A stretch of 64,000 nucleotides of DNA. It comes from Dehalococcoidia bacterium. Lineage in GTDB: Bacteria; Chloroflexota; Dehalococcoidia; GIF9; AB-539-J10. Made by a program: the position numbers and the translations under genes. The stretch lies in the NCBI GenBank assembly GCA_016930935.1, contig JAFGFT010000041.1:6075-70074 (forward strand), in the 5' to 3' direction. The notes beneath the pieces were generated by a model, which saw nothing but the letters and a program-made list of their open reading frames with translations, made no database searches and had not been told where the DNA came from. Positions 18,276 through 27,830 of this stretch are shown piece by piece (the stretch's first letter is position 1; each line of letters opens with the position of its first letter).

Positions 18276-20291
18276 ATGCCTACGATGGACTCGAAGACCG
18301 GAACATTGCGTGCTGCGTACAGCAGTGATGAACTGAAGGAAGCTGCCAGTCTCATGCGCGGCTATGCCCTTGTTGCGATAGCAGCGGCAGAATCAGGGCA
18401 TCCAGGCGGAACCCTTTCCATCATGGATGTTGCTGCCGCTCTGTACCTCGATGAAATGAGGCACGACCCGAAGGACGCCTTCTGGTCTGAGCGCGACCGT
18501 GCCTTCTGGTCTGCCGGCCACAAAGCTCCCGCCCTCTATGTGAGCCTGGGAATGGCAGGATACTTCGACATCGAGGAAGTAGTCACACTGCGTAAACTCA
18601 ACTCACCCTTCCCCGGTCATCCGCACTGGCTGAAACTTGACGGAGTGGAGGTGTCGAGCGGTTCCCTCGGACAGGGATTGTCCGTTGCAGTAGGGAGCGC
18701 ACTGGCAGCCCGATTAGACAAGAAAGACTACAGGGCCTACTGCATCATGGGAGATGGTGAACAGCAGGAAGGCCAGGTATGGGAAGCAGCGATGGAGGCC
18801 GGTCACTTCGGACTCGACAACCTCTGCGCCATCATCGACGTCAACCGCCTTCAGATTGACGGATGTGTTGCGGATGTGATGTGCGTAGAACCTCTTGCGG
18901 ACAAGTACCGGTCGTTTGGGTTCGAAGTAATCTCCATAGATGGGCACGATATGGCGCAGATTCTCGGTGCGTTCAAGCAGGCACGGCGGAACAAGGGAAA
19001 GCCCACCGCTATTATTGCGAACACGGTGAAGGGCAAGGGCGTGCGGTATATGGAGGATGTGTACAGTTGGCACGGAAAGGCCCCGAACATGGAACAGCTG
19101 AGCGAAGCGCTTGAGCATGTAGGTGTAGCGGAGAAACTTGATGTTGCGCATCTGCTGAAGAAGGCTGAAGACTACCAGGGCAAGGTGAATGAGTACCTTG
19201 CGGCCAAGGAGCCGAAGTATTCACGCGGCTACTGGTGGAACAGCGGCTCGAACATGAAGGTGACCATGGAGCAGGCCCGCCAGGGATTGGGCAGAATGCT
19301 GGTGAAACACGGGGATGACGATCGCATCGTGGGTCTTGGTGTAGATATTTCGAACTCTATTGGCATCGACCACTTCTATGTGGAGCACCCTGTACGAAAG
19401 GAGCGATGGTTGTCGTTAGGGGTTTCCGAACAGTCGGCGACCTGTGTTGCTGCAGGGCTCGCGAAGGAGGGGAAACTGCCGATATTTGGAACGTACGGCG
19501 TGTTCGCCTCAGGGAGAAACCTGGACCAGATACGGACAACCGTCTGCTACGGCAACCACAACGTGATGATTGTGGGTGCCCATGGAGGGTTGCTCGTAGG
19601 GCCTGACGGGGCTACCCACCAGGCACTCGAGGAACTGTTCTCGATGTGTGGACTCCCCAACATGCATGTTGAGGTGGCGTGCGACGCAGTTGAGAACGAA
19701 CGGGCAGCCGAGCATCTTCTTCTGAAGGTGAACGGCCCGAAATACCTGCGCTTCGCCAAGGAAGCCACTGCTGTGGTGACCAGCGAGTCAACGCCATGGG
19801 TCTTCGGAAAGGCAAATGTCATCCGCTTCCGTGGCGAGAAACCAGCTTTCAAGGACGCCTTTGAACATGTCCTTGCCTCAGACTATAAGGACGAAGGTGA
19901 GCAGGTGGCACTCATTGCCTGTGGACCGGTGGTCGCGGAATCTATGCGTGCCGCGTGGATTCTCAAGGCGGAGCATGACATAGAGGCCAGGGTGCTGAAT
20001 CTCCACACTATGAAACCAATGGATAGGACTGCTGTGGTTCGTGCGGCGATTGAGTGCGGGCTGGTGCTGACGGTAGAGGAACACCAGGTCGGCGGCATGG
20101 GAAATCAGGTCGCTGCAGCCATTCAGACATCTCCCGAGGTCTACGGCACTCCTGTGCGGATGGAAATGATAGGGGTACCGGACAGGTTTGGCGAATCAGG
20201 CTGGCCGTGGGACCTGATGAGAGACTTTGGCCTCACTGCGGAGTACATTGCAGATAGGGCTTGGAAGCTGCACGGCGCCACAGAGAAGTGA
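18276..20291 (+). CDS. tkt: transketolase
   Basis: 671 aa. ThDP-binding region GSLGQGLSVAVGSALAA...YCIMGDGEQQEGQVWEA. The pyrimidine-binding and C-terminal domains are present. GGGGGAAAACGG precedes the ATG. Confidence 0.9.
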   Translation: MPTMDSKTGTLRAAYSSDELKEAASLMRGYALVAIAAAESGHPGGTLSIMDVAAALYLDEMRHDPKDAFWSERDRAFWSAGHKAPALYVSLGMAGYFDIEEVVTLRKLNSPFPGHPHWLKLDGVEVSSGSLGQGLSVAVGSALAARLDKKDYRAYCIMGDGEQQEGQVWEAAMEAGHFGLDNLCAIIDVNRLQIDGCVADVMCVEPLADKYRSFGFEVISIDGHDMAQILGAFKQARRNKGKPTAIIANTVKGKGVRYMEDVYSWHGKAPNMEQLSEALEHVGVAEKLDVAHLLKKAEDYQGKVNEYLAAKEPKYSRGYWWNSGSNMKVTMEQARQGLGRMLVKHGDDDRIVGLGVDISNSIGIDHFYVEHPVRKERWLSLGVSEQSATCVAAGLAKEGKLPIFGTYGVFASGRNLDQIRTTVCYGNHNVMIVGAHGGLLVGPDGATHQALEELFSMCGLPNMHVEVACDAVENERAAEHLLLKVNGPKYLRFAKEATAVVTSESTPWVFGKANVIRFRGEKPAFKDAFEHVLASDYKDEGEQVALIACGPVVAESMRAAWILKAEHDIEARVLNLHTMKPMDRTAVVRAAIECGLVLTVEEHQVGGMGNQVAAAIQTSPEVYGTPVRMEMIGVPDRFGESGWPWDLMRDFGLTAEYIADRAWKLHGATEK

Positions 20292-20456
20292 GACAGCGGT
20301 CGACATGACGAGTTGGTCATATCCCCGGTAGGGTATCCAAGGGTATCGTGTCAGGTTCTGTGCCGATGATAGGGTGCTAAGACGAAAGTAGATTTCCATG
20401 TCTCTCGGCAGCATGCCAATGAGATTCGAGAGGACATCGTCGAAGGACTTCGTAAT

Positions 20457-20870
20457 ATGAAAAGAGCAGTTCACCCTATAGCACTTGTCATTCTGCTGTC
20501 CACCATTTGTAGCGCAGTAATGGGCTGTGCATCTGAAGCTGGCCCAACTGTTGATGAAAGCGCAGTGCGGCAGTATGCCGACCCTGCAACCGAGACGTGC
20601 TTGCAGGGTCTAAGCGACCACGATCTGGCGAAATACACTGAGTACGCGAATGATGACTTCAAGGCGGCAGTGACTCAGGAAATACTCGACGCGACTGGAA
20701 CGCAACTCGACAAGCAACTTGGTGCCTATGAATCAAAGGAGTTCCTGAGAACAGAGGAGATGGACGGGTACGTCATCGTTCACTACAAGGCAGAATACGA
20801 GAAAGGTGAAGCAGGCATTCGCATGGTGTTCGATGCCGACCATCTCATCGCTGGTCAGTGGTTCGAGTGA
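20457..20870 (+). CDS. DUF3887-like lipoprotein
   Basis: Signal peptide with lipobox (LSTICSAVMGC). The mature part (YTEYANDDFKAAVTQEILDATGTQLDKQLGAYESKEFLRTEEMDGYVIVHYKAEYEKG) is typical of DUF3887. Confidence 0.7.
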   Translation: MKRAVHPIALVILLSTICSAVMGCASEAGPTVDESAVRQYADPATETCLQGLSDHDLAKYTEYANDDFKAAVTQEILDATGTQLDKQLGAYESKEFLRTEEMDGYVIVHYKAEYEKGEAGIRMVFDADHLIAGQWFE

Positions 20871-21021
20871 GCGCAAGCGAAACAGAGCAAAACACTTGCG
20901 AAAGCTGCGGGTTCATGCGCTTCACTCATGAGGAATAGTACATGCATATGGAGGTTGTGCGAGCACTGAACCTTCGTAAGTCAGGTCTACGCTGTGATTG
21001 CCAGCTACACCTTGAGAGTGG

Positions 21022-21537
21022 ATGAGGATGATTATCCGCAACGAGACAGCAGATGACATCGACGCAATTGCCGTCCTTGCCGAAGCGGCTTCCGAGGGCC
21101 ATCCTTTCAGCAGACAGACGGAGCAGTTCATAGTTGACGCCTTGCGAACAGCCAACGCGCTGACCATCTCGCTGGTCGCGGATGTCGGGGGCAAGGTGGT
21201 GGGCCATGTAGCCTTCTCCCCGGTGACTATCACTGACGGGAGCGCTGGCTGGTACGGTGTTGGTCCACTCTCCGTATTGCCCGGTCTCCATAGGCAGGGG
21301 GTTGATTCCGCCCTCATGCATGAAGGGCTGTCCCTGCTGAAAGCCACGGTAGCGAAAGGTTGCGCTCTCGTCGGCGATCCAGACCATTATGTGCGGTTTG
21401 GCTTCAAGAGCTATCAAGAGTTAGTTCATGAAGGTATTCCACACGAGTATGTCCTGGTTCTGCTGTTTGGCGACAATAGTCGTCGGGGGACTCTGGTGTT
21501 TCACGAGGGCTTCTCCGCAACCGAATGGCATTGCTAG
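21022..21537 (+). CDS. GNAT family N-acetyltransferase
   Basis: IRNETADDIDAI...VVGHVAFSPVTI...LSVLPGLHRQGVDSALMHEGL is the acetyl-CoA binding Q/RxxGxG/A-type region. Confidence 0.8.
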   Translation: MRMIIRNETADDIDAIAVLAEAASEGHPFSRQTEQFIVDALRTANALTISLVADVGGKVVGHVAFSPVTITDGSAGWYGVGPLSVLPGLHRQGVDSALMHEGLSLLKATVAKGCALVGDPDHYVRFGFKSYQELVHEGIPHEYVLVLLFGDNSRRGTLVFHEGFSATEWHC

Positions 21538-21785
21538 AGCTGCGTTCAGACACGGAAAGCAGATGTTCTGCACAATTCGGGGCACACGGTACTTTTGTGC
21601 CGCCGAACCTGTGAGTGAAGGGATATCCTATGCTGTGGACAGACAGGAGCGAACCTACGGGAACCGGAAGAATCGTCCCGTTGAGCCCTTCTATTCACAT
21701 GAACTCTGCACTGGTCTGCCACGTGACAGTGGAGTAGCATTGATTTCGGGTAGCCGAGCTGTGATGACATTGGGGGAGGGTTTTG

Positions 21786-22331
21786 ATGATGAAGGGCTCG
21801 CAAACCGATGCGGTCAAGGAAGCACGCAGGGCTGAGTTGTTGTGGGATGTCCTCCTTACCATCCTTCTGATACTGTGTTTTCCGTGCAACCCACTGGTGC
21901 TTGCCGGAGTCATAGAAGTGAATGCGGTCCCAGCGCTATTCGTTGCAGGTTGCGTGGTATGGGGATTTGGGATGGTACTGGTCATGGCGCCGATAGTCCT
22001 TTTTCCACGCAGGGGTAGCGTGCCGCGGGGCAGGAGCTTCGTCTACACCACCCGACTAGTGGACACGGGTATCTACGCTATCGTAAGACATCCTCAGTAC
22101 ACGGGCGGTATCTTCGCAGTGTTTTTGACAACAGTGCTGTGGTACCCGCACTGGCTGTTTGCAGTGCTCGGTGCCTGGGGCTCGGTGCTTCTTTACTACA
22201 GTTGCAGGGCTGAGGACCGACGCCTTGTCGCGAAGTTCGGTGACGCCTACAGCAACTACATGAATAGAGTACCCGGCATGAACCTTGCCGCCGGAATCAT
22301 TCGATTGATACAACCAAAGCGATTGAAATAG
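21786..22331 (+). CDS. isoprenylcysteine carboxyl methyltransferase (ICMT/PEMT) family membrane protein
   Basis: LVDTGIYAIVRHPQYTGGIFAVFL...EDRRLVAKFGDAYSNYMNRVPGMN carries the RHPxYxG motif. GGGGGAGGG lies 5 nt before ATG 21786. Confidence 0.8.
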   Translation: MMKGSQTDAVKEARRAELLWDVLLTILLILCFPCNPLVLAGVIEVNAVPALFVAGCVVWGFGMVLVMAPIVLFPRRGSVPRGRSFVYTTRLVDTGIYAIVRHPQYTGGIFAVFLTTVLWYPHWLFAVLGAWGSVLLYYSCRAEDRRLVAKFGDAYSNYMNRVPGMNLAAGIIRLIQPKRLK

Positions 22332-22523
22332 CCCCTCGAGTGGCCGCTCCTGGAGGCCAAACGCCCCTTTCAGTAGGAGGACTTCATCTTCATGGGTTCC
22401 GCGAGACCGCCGTATTGCATTGCATGGTCAGTCCGGAAGCACTTCGCTTGACGGCAAATCCAGGTCATATGGGTTGCGTATCTGGCGAACTTGCCGCTAT
22501 TCTGAACTGAGGAGGGCATGTCC

Positions 22524-22850
22524 ATGAAATGGCTGATTCTTGCACTGGGGATTGCGGCGGAGATTGCGAGTGTGACCTGTATGAAGCTTGCTGAAGGCTT
22601 CTCCAAATGGATTCCCTCAGTACTCACTTTCGTCTTCATGGGCATTGGTGTTGCAGTGATGATCTATGCCTTGAAGCATTTCGACTTGAGTTTTGCATAC
22701 ACCGTATGGGCAGGTCTGGGCATTCTGTGTGTCGCTGTCATCGGCATACTATTCTTCAAAGAGCCGGTGACGGCGCTGAAGATAGTGTCGATTGTCCTCG
22801 TTGTGATTGGAGTAACCGGCCTGAACATCGGAGAAGTGATTCGGCACTAG
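22524..22850 (+). CDS. SMR family multidrug efflux protein (EmrE/Qac-like)
   Basis: MKWLILALGIAAEIASVTCMKLAEGFSK...AYTVWAGLGILCVAVIGILFFKE contains the conserved membrane Glu and the MKxSEGF-type motif. GGAGG (22511-22515) favours ATG 22524 over 22518. Confidence 0.85.
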   Translation: MKWLILALGIAAEIASVTCMKLAEGFSKWIPSVLTFVFMGIGVAVMIYALKHFDLSFAYTVWAGLGILCVAVIGILFFKEPVTALKIVSIVLVVIGVTGLNIGEVIRH

Positions 22851-22958
22851 CACGAGGGCCTGCGCTGTGCGGTACACAGACACTTTGATTGCCTGCGTGT
22901 CGTACCCCTGGGCCCTCGCAGCTTGGGAAACGACTTTGGCAGCTCGGTCCTGAATCGG

Positions 22959-22995
22959 CCGAAAGAACAAAGGGAGGACAACAGGTGTCCTCCCT
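22959..22995 (-). terminator. rho-independent terminator after the M14-like peptidase gene
   Basis: The minus-strand RNA is AGGGAGGACA-ccugu-UGUCCUCCCU followed by UUGUUCUUUCGG. The same hairpin could also stop plus-strand transcripts from the SMR gene. Confidence 0.6.
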
Positions 22996-23057
22996 CTTCG
23001 TCACTACCGATCGACCTTCGTGCGAAGGCTGACGCATAGCATGTTATGTCGTCTTAA

Positions 23058-24380
23058 TCAGTCTCCGTCAGGTGGTGCAATTGCGCCGAATACTTCGTGC
23101 TCAACGGTCACGTGCTGTATGCCCTGCTTCTGCGCACACATCGGAATTGAGACGAAGGTAGAGCAGTCGTCATGGTGAGTCTGGAATGGCGTCTCGTTCC
23201 CTTCCACCGTGACCCTCGTAATCGACTTCTGCCGCATTCGCAGACAAAGCTCGAAATCCAGAGGAGCCTTGTGTCCGAAGTAACCCACCTCTGCAACCGT
23301 CACGTCGCCGCTATCGAGCATGTCCCTGTTGAGGATGCTGAACGAGGCTCTGTCTGCCCATATCTTCTCCCGCGACACCCTTCGTTCTTCCGGATTCTTG
23401 CCGAACGCTCGTACTGAGATTCTGTAGTCGCCAACGAGAAGATTCGTGGGGTAACCAGCTTCCTTCTCCCATGGGAACCTCGAGTTACCCATGTGCAGAA
23501 GAGCTTTGCAGGTAACGAGTCCGCTGGCGCCGAGTCCAGCACGAACGGGTATCGCCCTGTGGTTCATCTCCGTTCCGAACACGAGAGTATGCCACCTCGC
23601 GTATGCGGGTGCGCACGTGTAGTTGGTGTACGTATCCTTTCCTCCTGGATATTCGAAGTCCTCAACAGTATTGTGGATGTGCAGCAGGAACACCTTCTCC
23701 TGCAGAGAACGGTGGGGTTGCTTGCCTCTCGGTTCTCCGAAGTAGTAGTAGCTGAGGTCTTCAAGTGTATGGATCTCATAGGGCCAGCCCTCTGCGGCCG
23801 CAGCCTCTACCATCTTCCGGGCTACGTGCAGATGAATCTGCTCATCCATGGCCCACTTTGTGGTGTTTCCCGGAATTATTACCTCAAGGTCGCCCCTGTC
23901 GAACTTTGAGCCGTCGGACTTGCCCAGGCTGTGATAGTCGAACATCATGTCCGGTGGGAATGCGGAGCATAGCTTTCCCCAGACCCGTTTCTCAAGGTCA
24001 GTTATACCGAACAGCGTGGAGTGAAACTCTTCCAGTACGAATCCTTCAGGATTGGCCACAGGGACGACCACGACGGTCTGCTTGTCCCTTATCTCGCTGG
24101 CATCATTCGTTGCGAGGTAATTGAGGATTTCGGGGACGACAATCCTCGTTCCTCTTTCTTTGCCGTGCCTTCCCATCGTGAGGATGGCATTCTGTTTTTC
24201 AGCGGAGGGTATGGACTTGTTGGTCACAACGACAGCCGGAATCTCCCACTTGCCGTCTTCCGACGGGCCAAGGTCTACTATCTCTGCGATTCCTCGGTTC
24301 TCTTCGACCCAGAACTTCGTCCATGCATAGACTTCTCGTAGACCTTTCTCGCCCATGGGCATATGGTCGAACAACTTCAT
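23058..24380 (-). CDS. M14 (carboxypeptidase)-like metallopeptidase family protein
   Basis: GRHGKERGT carries the HxxE zinc motif, VPVANPEGF resembles the NPDG motif, and FDYHSLG may hold the third zinc His. There is no signal peptide. AAAGGAG lies upstream of ATG 24380; the track start 24548 is over-extended. Confidence 0.6.
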   Translation of the reverse strand: MKLFDHMPMGEKGLREVYAWTKFWVEENRGIAEIVDLGPSEDGKWEIPAVVVTNKSIPSAEKQNAILTMGRHGKERGTRIVVPEILNYLATNDASEIRDKQTVVVVPVANPEGFVLEEFHSTLFGITDLEKRVWGKLCSAFPPDMMFDYHSLGKSDGSKFDRGDLEVIIPGNTTKWAMDEQIHLHVARKMVEAAAAEGWPYEIHTLEDLSYYYFGEPRGKQPHRSLQEKVFLLHIHNTVEDFEYPGGKDTYTNYTCAPAYARWHTLVFGTEMNHRAIPVRAGLGASGLVTCKALLHMGNSRFPWEKEAGYPTNLLVGDYRISVRAFGKNPEERRVSREKIWADRASFSILNRDMLDSGDVTVAEVGYFGHKAPLDFELCLRMRQKSITRVTVEGNETPFQTHHDDCSTFVSIPMCAQKQGIQHVTVEHEVFGAIAPPDGD

Positions 24381-24612
24381 TCTCAAGTACTCCTTTCTCT
24401 GGCATGCGTATAAAGATAATGATACAGGTTCAGCGTGTTGATGCGACAGCGTCGTGGTACTCGATGGCAGGATGGTACCAGTGCGTCTACTGGACGAGTA
24501 TCGCTGGATGGCCTTCAATTCGCGGTAGGGCTCATGCTTGTGAGACAAGCTCGTTGAAGAACAACAGTGGAAGCTTGTGTGGGTGGCGAAGGAACATCAT
24601 AATTGTACTTGA

Positions 24613-25671
24613 ATGGAAACGACACTTCTCGGATTGGACACTGATGAACTGCGCTCCGTCATGAAAGCGGAGGGGGTACCAGCCTACAGGGGAAAGCAGA
24701 TTGCGGAATGGCTCTACCGGAGCGGCGTCCGTAGCTTCGATGAGATGAGCAATGTTCCTGAAGCACTGCGCATACAACTTTCTGGAAAGTATCAACTCGG
24801 TCGTTCCACTGTTCTCGTCGGTCAGCGCAGTAAGGATGGCACAGCGAAACTGCTGCTGGAGCTCAATGATGGGGCAAGAGTGGAAACCGTTGGTTTGCCC
24901 TATCCGGACCGCATGAGCTGTTGCGTGTCCACCCAGGTGGGTTGCCCCATAGGGTGTGTTTTCTGCGCCACCGGAATGGGTGGCTACACCCGCGACCTCA
25001 CTGCGGGAGAGATTGTGGACCAGGTGCTGACTGTCCAGGAAGACATCCGCTTTGAGCGTGGAGAGGCGGACGCTCGCAAGTGCAGAATAGACCACGTGAC
25101 TTTCATGGGCATGGGGGAGCCGTTGCTCAACTACGAGGTGACGGTGAAAGCGATGCGCCTTCTGAACAAGGAAGTTGGCATAGCCGTCAGGCAGTTGACG
25201 GTGAGCACTGTTGGCTTCGTCCCGGGTATCCACAGGCTCGCAGAAGAAGAGATGCAGTGTACCCTCGCTGTCTCTCTCCACGCACCGACTGACGACCTGC
25301 GTCGCCGGCTCATCCCGGGCATGACTGCATGGAGTGTAGCGGAACTCATGAAGACGTGCCGCGAGTACGTACAGAGAACCAGACGGAGAATCACCTTCGA
25401 GTATCTACTACTGGATGGGGTGAACGACGGTGTGGCGGAAGCGGTGGAATTGGCCAGACTACTCCACGGACTGAATTGCCACGTTAACCTGATTCCCTGC
25501 AACATGGTTTCAGGACTGACATTCCGGATGTCTCCGCGAGAGCATATTCAGGCCTTCCGTAATGTTCTTGAGGATGCAGGCATCCAGGTAACACAGCGCA
25601 TGCAACGCGGGTCCGACATCGATGCGGCCTGTGGCCAGCTGCGTCAGCGGGCAGGCGACGCAACACCTTGA
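24613..25671 (+). CDS. rlmN: 23S rRNA (adenine2503-C2)-methyltransferase, radical SAM
   Basis: YRGKQIAEWLY N-terminal motif, CVSTQVGCPIGCVFCATG cluster motif, FMGMGEPLLN, and the late CGQL catalytic Cys. Confidence 0.9.
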   Translation: METTLLGLDTDELRSVMKAEGVPAYRGKQIAEWLYRSGVRSFDEMSNVPEALRIQLSGKYQLGRSTVLVGQRSKDGTAKLLLELNDGARVETVGLPYPDRMSCCVSTQVGCPIGCVFCATGMGGYTRDLTAGEIVDQVLTVQEDIRFERGEADARKCRIDHVTFMGMGEPLLNYEVTVKAMRLLNKEVGIAVRQLTVSTVGFVPGIHRLAEEEMQCTLAVSLHAPTDDLRRRLIPGMTAWSVAELMKTCREYVQRTRRRITFEYLLLDGVNDGVAEAVELARLLHGLNCHVNLIPCNMVSGLTFRMSPREHIQAFRNVLEDAGIQVTQRMQRGSDIDAACGQLRQRAGDATP

Positions 25672-25886
25672 TATGCCAGCCACTGTAACGTGCTGCTGTC
25701 AAACTGCGCCTCTTTCCTTATGCTGCGTGAATCGCTTCCAGCGTTTGGCGGTGATGTAGGAGGGTCCTCACACTGCCAGACTGCCAGGCGAGTCTTTCAT
25801 AGTGTGAATAGGATGCACGTCGGGATACAATATGGCACAGTTCAGAAGACTCGTTCCTGGTCCCTGGTACTTGAGGAGGAATTGTG

Positions 25887-26636
25887 ATGTCTGAGGCATT
25901 TGTAACCGTTGAAAACCTTCACAAGAGCTTCAACGACCACAAGGCTGTGAATGGCGTTACCTTCAGCATTTACAAGGGCGAGATATTCGGACTGCTCGGG
26001 CCAAATGGCGCGGGGAAAACCACGACGATCCGCATCCTTTCAACAATTCTCGACCCTGATAGGGGAGACGTGTCGGTAGGTGGGCATTCGATACGTCACG
26101 AAGATGACGCCATTCGCAGCCTCATCGGAGTATGCCCCCAGGAACTGGCACTCTATCCTGACCTCTCTGCGATGGACAACTTGCTCTTCTTCGGCCGTAT
26201 GGTGGGACTGAACGGCCGGGAGGCCAGGTCTCAGGCCGTTGCCAATCTTGAGGCGATGGGACTAATGGACCGGGCCAAAGGGAAGGTGGACAAGTTCTCC
26301 GGTGGCATGAAGCGACGTATTAACCTCGCCATCGCCCTTATGGGCCATCCCGAACTCCTGTTCCTTGATGAACCTACCGTCGGCATCGACCCTCAGTCGC
26401 GGAATATGATTTACGAGACTATTGACGGGTTGCGCGATGGGGGAATGACCATCCTCTATACCACTCACTATATGGAGGAAGCCGACCGTCTGTGTGACCG
26501 CGTTGCCATTATGGATGGAGGACGCATAGTTGCGCTGGATACTCCGCATGAGCTCAAGAGCAGGATTGGGTCGCCGGAACAAGTGACGCTTGAGGACGTC
26601 TTCTTGAAACTGACTGGCAGGGGCCTTCGCGACTGA
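25887..26636 (+). CDS. ABC transporter ATP-binding protein (ABC-2 type)
   Basis: Walker A GPNGAGKTT, signature FSGGMKRR, Walker B LLFLDEPTVGID. GAGGAGG lies 7 nt before ATG 25887. Confidence 0.9.
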   Translation: MSEAFVTVENLHKSFNDHKAVNGVTFSIYKGEIFGLLGPNGAGKTTTIRILSTILDPDRGDVSVGGHSIRHEDDAIRSLIGVCPQELALYPDLSAMDNLLFFGRMVGLNGREARSQAVANLEAMGLMDRAKGKVDKFSGGMKRRINLAIALMGHPELLFLDEPTVGIDPQSRNMIYETIDGLRDGGMTILYTTHYMEEADRLCDRVAIMDGGRIVALDTPHELKSRIGSPEQVTLEDVFLKLTGRGLRD

Positions 26637-26643
26637 GACTCTC

Positions 26644-27822
26644 ATGAGCAGAATCCTCGCAATCACCATCCGAGAACTGCGCAGCTACCTGCGGGACCGT
26701 GCCGACCTGGCGTTCAGCCTCCTCTTGCCTATAGCCATTTTTGCCCTGATGTACGGTGCCTTCAGTGGACAAACACTCTTCCATGGTACTGCCTACATAG
26801 TCAATGATGACCCAGAAGGTTTGTATTCCCTGCGGCTGATTGAGCGCCTCAGCGAAAAGGAAGGTCTGGAAGTGAGCCTGCTTGGTAGCGACGTGGCGAA
26901 TACCAAGCTGGAGAATTCGGACATACTGTTGGCGGTATACATTCCGGACGGCTTCTCTGCTCAACTGGGCGCTGGATGGCCAACTGAGATTACCTTCAGG
27001 CAAAGGGGCAACGGTGGACTGGAGGGCCAGATAGTGGCCAGCATGGTCCGGTCTGAGGCAGACAGAATCAGTCAGGAGATCCAGATACAAAGGCAAGTTC
27101 AGATCGCTCTGGCGGACAACGTCGTCGGACGTGACCAGATAGAGACCACTGTGCAGAGGCTCATGGAGCGGGAGCGAGAATTACCCATTGTGGAAGTTGA
27201 TGATGCGATACTCGGTGGCGAGACCAGCATGGTGCACCAGTCCCTTCCCGGCATAATCACTATGTTTGTTCTCTTCGCCATAACCATGGGCAGCAGGGTC
27301 ATCGTGGAGGAACGCAGGAAGGGAACACTGGAGCGACTGCTCACTACACGGCTCTCCGTAGGAGAGCTCTACATGGGCAAGTTTCTGGCGAGCACCGCAC
27401 GTGGTTTCCTGCAGACGTCTATTCTCCTAAGCCTGGCCTACATGGTGTTTCAACTGTTCACACCTCTTTCATTCATCATGACGCTGTGTCTCGCGCTTGT
27501 ATTCTCTGCGGCGGCCAGCACCCTCGCGCTGATTATCGCCTCGGTGTCACGCACCGATGACCAAGCCACATGGATCAGTGTCTTCTTCACCATGTCCACA
27601 GTGATGCTGGGTGGGACTTTTTTTGAGATACCGTTAGGTTCGGTGCTCTTCACCATTGGGCGGGCATCCATCAACACCTATGCCAACAGTGCTTTCAAAA
27701 CGATGATGTCCAGCGGTGCCAGTCTGAGCGACGTGACATCGGAGCTAGTGGTATTGGCTGCTGTGGTTGTAGTTGGACTAGTGATTAGCAGGGTTCTCTT
27801 CCGCGCAGTGCCAGGAGGCTGA
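26644..27822 (+). CDS. ABC-2 type transporter permease
   Basis: One N-terminal TM, a large extracytoplasmic loop, then about 5 C-terminal TM. It starts 8 nt after the ATPase stop. Confidence 0.8.
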   Translation: MSRILAITIRELRSYLRDRADLAFSLLLPIAIFALMYGAFSGQTLFHGTAYIVNDDPEGLYSLRLIERLSEKEGLEVSLLGSDVANTKLENSDILLAVYIPDGFSAQLGAGWPTEITFRQRGNGGLEGQIVASMVRSEADRISQEIQIQRQVQIALADNVVGRDQIETTVQRLMERERELPIVEVDDAILGGETSMVHQSLPGIITMFVLFAITMGSRVIVEERRKGTLERLLTTRLSVGELYMGKFLASTARGFLQTSILLSLAYMVFQLFTPLSFIMTLCLALVFSAAASTLALIIASVSRTDDQATWISVFFTMSTVMLGGTFFEIPLGSVLFTIGRASINTYANSAFKTMMSSGASLSDVTSELVVLAAVVVVGLVISRVLFRAVPGG

Positions 27823-27830
27823 TAGCAGGC

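Noticed and set aside
22391-22480. Fragments resembling guanidine riboswitch consensus lie upstream of the SMR gene: GGGUUCCG, GUCCGGAAG, GCCGUA...GGUCAG...GACGGC.
   Set aside because: The 3' half of the ykkC (guanidine-I) motif (ACGGCGGGA...GCCCGGGAGA) is missing. The guanidine-III-like pieces are separated by a loop more than twice the consensus length. No ACGR-loop hairpin pair is present. The SMR protein has the EmrE/Qac-type MKxxEGF motif rather than the Gdx/SugE type. It is worth a cmsearch with RF00442, RF01068 and RF01763, but it is not supported by eye.
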